Origin: Microbotryum violaceum
Taxonomy: Eukaryota
Length of the DNA: 64,000 nt
Direction of reading: 5' to 3'
NCBI GenBank assembly: GCA_001244265.2
Contig: CDLV01000008.1
Span: 1,054,001 to 1,118,000, forward strand
Position 1 is the stretch's first letter. Each line of letters begins with the position of its first letter. The notes under the pieces were generated by a model that worked only from the letters and a program-made list of their open reading frames with translations, had not been told where the DNA came from and did no database searches. The translations under genes were made by a program, and so were the position numbers. Shown here in pieces: positions 60,143 through 64,000 of the stretch.

Positions 60143-63100
60143 GCGCCAGTCAAACGCCTCCGATCGGGCAGTAGTATAGAACCTGCCGCGGCGCAGCGGC
60201 CTGCGGGATGACGTCAGGCCTTGCGCTAATTTTGCCCGGATCGCACACGCTTGCGAGCGTGACCTCGGCTGATTCGCCTCTTGACGTCTTACCACCCACT
60301 TCCCATCACCCGCAGACGTCTTCGCGCTCGAGGCGCTGCCTCCGACATCATGGTAGGTCCTTTTCACCGCTGTGCTTCAAGATCACACCCCACGTGCTCG
60401 ATTCGACCTTTTTTGGCGACCTCCACTCGGCTTGGGTCGACACCGGCTGACCGACACGTCCACTCCAGCGTGCGCCTGCTGGACGACCCCAAACGACGCA
60501 ACAGAAGGTGGCAGCTCCCAAGACCACGCGTAATTCACTAAAAGACGTGACCAACGAAGACCTAGCCAAGAAGTCCCAAGATGAGCCTGCGGACGACACT
60601 ACCACTACGTCGTACGACATTCCCACCATCGTCACGCCACGACTGGGCGTCCCCAACCCTCACAAGCAGACCTTGACGGCTGGCACCACTACCGAAAAAT
60701 CCAGTGCCTCGCTTCTGTTTGAGCCGATTTCTGATGGACAGAGCCATGTCGCCGATGTCGGCCCATCCGCTCGCCACGCGGCCTCCACCACCCTCGAACC
60801 CGAAGCATCGCATGGCCTCAACCTCGAGGACTTGGTGGTATGTCGCGCAAGCTGAGACTACGACTCTGTGATCTGGTTTAGTCTCGGCTGACGTCCTGTC
60901 GTTTGTCCAAGGTGCAGCACCAACAGGCTTCCTCAGAAACCGGAACCAAGCGCAGACGTGCCTGGGGAGCTGCCGACACGGTCGATGAGGCCAATACAGA
61001 ACCAGAGGTAAGGTCGATCATAGATTATTGTCTAAAAGCGAAATCTCCCAAGCTAAATCTCCCGCCAATCGGGAACGCCTGGACGTGCAGAAGGTCGATA
61101 CCAAGCCCGACTCATCTTTACCTCACTTGTATCTAAGCTCGGAATCCGACGTACGTCCGAGCCCGACCTGCTTCCTCTAGTCTAGCAGTAAGACGGCACT
61201 GACGAAGTATAAACCCGCACAGAGCTCTGAAGCTTTTGGTGACGGGGACGGCAGTGGTAAGGATCGCAACGTACCATCCGAGACGGCCTTAGGTGAAGAT
61301 TGGTCTAGAATTGCCAAGATGAAGGTCGTCTGCTCGGACGTAGACGACGAGCCCGACGACACGTTCGAGGTGCGCTCTTGTGTGCCTTGAGAGGAACTCG
61401 CATCCTGCTGACTGCCATTGCGTCTCCTGTAGGTCTGTACTCGTCAATTGAAAGGCGCACAAGCGCATGGCGATAACCCATGCAAGGTGAGCTGTGACCC
61501 ATGCGATCATCCGCCACGCTTCGCGCCACTGACAAGAGGCATGACCCACTGCTCGCTGGCATCGACCGTCGCTGGCCTGCCAATCTTACAGTCCTCGACC
61601 GAAGAACCCGATGCCAAGAGCCTTGAAGATCAGCTTGGCCAGATACGACGCGACCTCCAGGCATTACGTGCTATGCTCGAGCCAGTGATCATGTTCATCA
61701 ACACGCCAAACATCGACCATTTCAAGGTACGTGTGATCTCCACGCGTGAGGACGCGAAGCACAGATTCAACTGACGAGACGCGTTTCACCACCATTGGCA
61801 GAGCCGACTCCCCCCCGTGGTAAAGATCTTTGTGGCTACCCCCTTCTTTTACAAGCAATTGGCTTCGGCGGAGTCTTTTGCAGTACGTGACCTTCATTTC
61901 GGTACCAGCGCACGATTGTCTCATACAGGTTTCATCACCCGCAGTTGGCCTTGACGAAAAGCGGCCTCGTCCCGACCGAAGCGTACAACAAGAATCTCCC
62001 GTTCCGCCACAACCTGCTTTCAAACATTCCGGCTCTGTTGGTGCAGGGTCGTAGTGAGCTCCTCCGACATGTGAGCAGACGCCTCGCGTCTTGTGGTCTC
62101 CGAGTGGTCCTGACAAAATTGTAACTCTTCCCAGATCCATAAAGCTCAAAAGGACAAAGCTACTCTAGGCCGTACCATCAATCAATAGTACAAAGGCCAA
62201 CAAGTTGCCGTCACGGAAGGACACGTGACCTGGTGGAGTATACTGGTGCGTATATATGAAGAACACGCCTCCACCCTCGATCCTGACCTGCGCTTGTAAT
62301 CACTATACCAGTGGCAGGCGATGAAGGCGCCGAACGTTTCGAACCCCAGCGACTCCAAAGCCAACAGCTTCGCAAACAAGCTCAAGCGCTATGGTGACAG
62401 CCTCGCCGAAGACGCCGCGAACGCACACCTCGCGGGCGGCTACAAGAGGAATGGGGGGTTTGATCATCAAGCGTGAGCTTCATGCTTCATGGTGAGATAC
62501 ATGGCATAATCGAATATGCTGACACTTAGTGACTTTTTTGGCGCGTACAAGGTTTCTCTTCGACACGGTCACGGCGAAGATGAAGCGACACTCCGGCATC
62601 CGGACGGCCCCCCAGAACACACTCGGCGACCACACGCTACAAGCCGTCTGCTCTGAAGTCATTGAGGATCCGGTGAACAACCTCAGCTTTTCCAGCCGAG
62701 TAGCCGTGAGTGGCGCCCAGTCCACCACATGCCGAACTTGGACTGATGAACGATCCCCCGGAGCGAACACAGGACGCAGTCCAGGAGATGGGTGAAAATT
62801 CGGGAAAGGCGAGGAAGAAGAAGAGGACGGAAAACTCACAAAGATGAGGAGCAAATCGAGGACGGGGAACCCTAAGCAACGCGCTATCGAACAAACTCTC
62901 TGGAGCATTCGACGTGTGCAAGGGGACTCGGGCGCGACTTGGGGTGGAGTCGGGGTGGACCATGGGTGAGGGGCTTTCTGAGGTAACGGGGTTTCTTAGA
63001 CTTGTATCAACATGTTTTTAGTGTTTGCAATGAGTGTTGCTTCGTATGATAAGTCTACAGGAGCTGGAAGAGAGCAATATGTGCCTACAGCACCTGGTCC

Positions 63101-64000
63101 AGCATTTACTACAGCGTCCACCTGGTCTCCTTATGGATGCCCTACGTGTACCACATTGCGTCCATGCTTCTACATTAGGGCCATCCTATCGTCCCATTAT
63201 GGCTTTCTTCGGGAGTCTATATCAAGCCGCCCTATGGCTGCCGTATGGCTCGCACGTGTTCATGCCCTATGGGCTGGCCATATATGGGCCATAGGGCTAT
63301 TCGCCTAAATGATTAGGAAGGCCGTATGCCGGGGCCATATGGAGCCATAGGGATGCCTTAAGGGTGCCATATTTTCGCGCGCGCATGTGTTGGCCCTCGC
63401 GCCGACGTTGGCCGGCGCTTGGCGCTTGCCTCCTTCCAGCCAAGACGCGCGCCATCCAGCCCAGCCCAGCCCTGCCCAACAACCAACCATCCGCTCGCGA
63501 AATGATCCCGACTTCAGCAGTGCGATCCGGCATGCCTGTGAGTGCAACGGAGCGGGCAAGGGGCATGGGTCGCACATGGACTCTGAACTGATTGATGCCC
63601 CTGCTTGTCGGAATGTCCAGTCGGGCAAGACCTACATGGGATGGTGGGGAGATGTAAGTTGGCTTCGAGAGGAGGCAGCAGGAGCGGGTGGGCTCGGCAG
63701 CTCGGCGGCTCGGCGGCTCGGCTGCTTCCGGTGTCACTCCGCTGCGTCGTTGCTTGGATGCTGACGTGTGGTGTTGATGTGTGGCATGTACAGATGGGTG
63801 GACCCAAACAAAAGGGCGTGACTCAATACAGTAAGTGCGACCAGTCGTGACAACCCGTGCCCGCATCCTGCCGCAGAGGCGATCGGGCGGACAGTACCAC
63901 TCCACCTCTGCATCTTCCCGTATCACAGGAACTGATCATGTCGGCCCTTGTTGTGTCCAGGTGTCTCGCCTATGCGACAAGCGTCGATGCGGGGCGCGTT

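Larger units (their letters stand above)
52051..63389 (+). mobile_element. CACTA/EnSpm (CMC)-type DNA transposon, 11.3 kb, both termini intact
   Basis: Perfect 19-bp TIR CACATGCGCGCGCGAAAAT at 52051-52069 and 63371-63389; 2-bp TSD TT. Subterminal CCATA(T/A/C)GG / CCTATGG / CCTTAAGG-type repeats at ~52075-52460 and ~63125-63370. Encodes a transposase. Confidence 0.88.

Overview
Eukaryotic fungal DNA, most likely a GC-rich, intron-dense basidiomycete of the Microbotryomycetes/Pucciniomycotina type (inferred from short GT..CTRAC..YAG introns and gene content). The housekeeping backbone has about 14 spliced genes: a Ser-rich orphan, eIF2B-beta (GCD7), Ynd1-type apyrase, a LIM/paxillin-like protein, a CaMKK-type kinase, a WBP4/FBP21-like U1 zinc-finger protein, a DMAC1-like small protein, the ADP1 ABCG transporter, an F-box/LRR-like protein, a cytochrome b5-acyl-CoA dehydrogenase fusion, MOT1, PGK, MGMT and an IDO-family dioxygenase. 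Transposon-derived regions interrupt it: a solo LTR, a decayed DxxH-type DDE transposase and a polypyrimidine tract (13.0-16.0 kb); a degenerate TIR-like element (29.7-32.6 kb); a hAT MITE with an 8-bp TSD (33.3-34.0 kb); and an 11.3-kb CACTA/EnSpm-type element with intact TIRs, a Ulp1-like protease passenger and a nested solo LTR (52.1-63.4 kb). The most striking observation is that the two solo LTRs, which differ in sequence, share one architecture: a predicted intron whose 3' ~60 nt duplicate the preceding exon. This suggests a way for an LTR retrotransposon to regenerate a spliced-out intron during reverse transcription. Splicing oddities include a 2-nt microexon, two split start codons and two GC-AG introns. 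Exon boundaries were read by eye, and no database searches were run.
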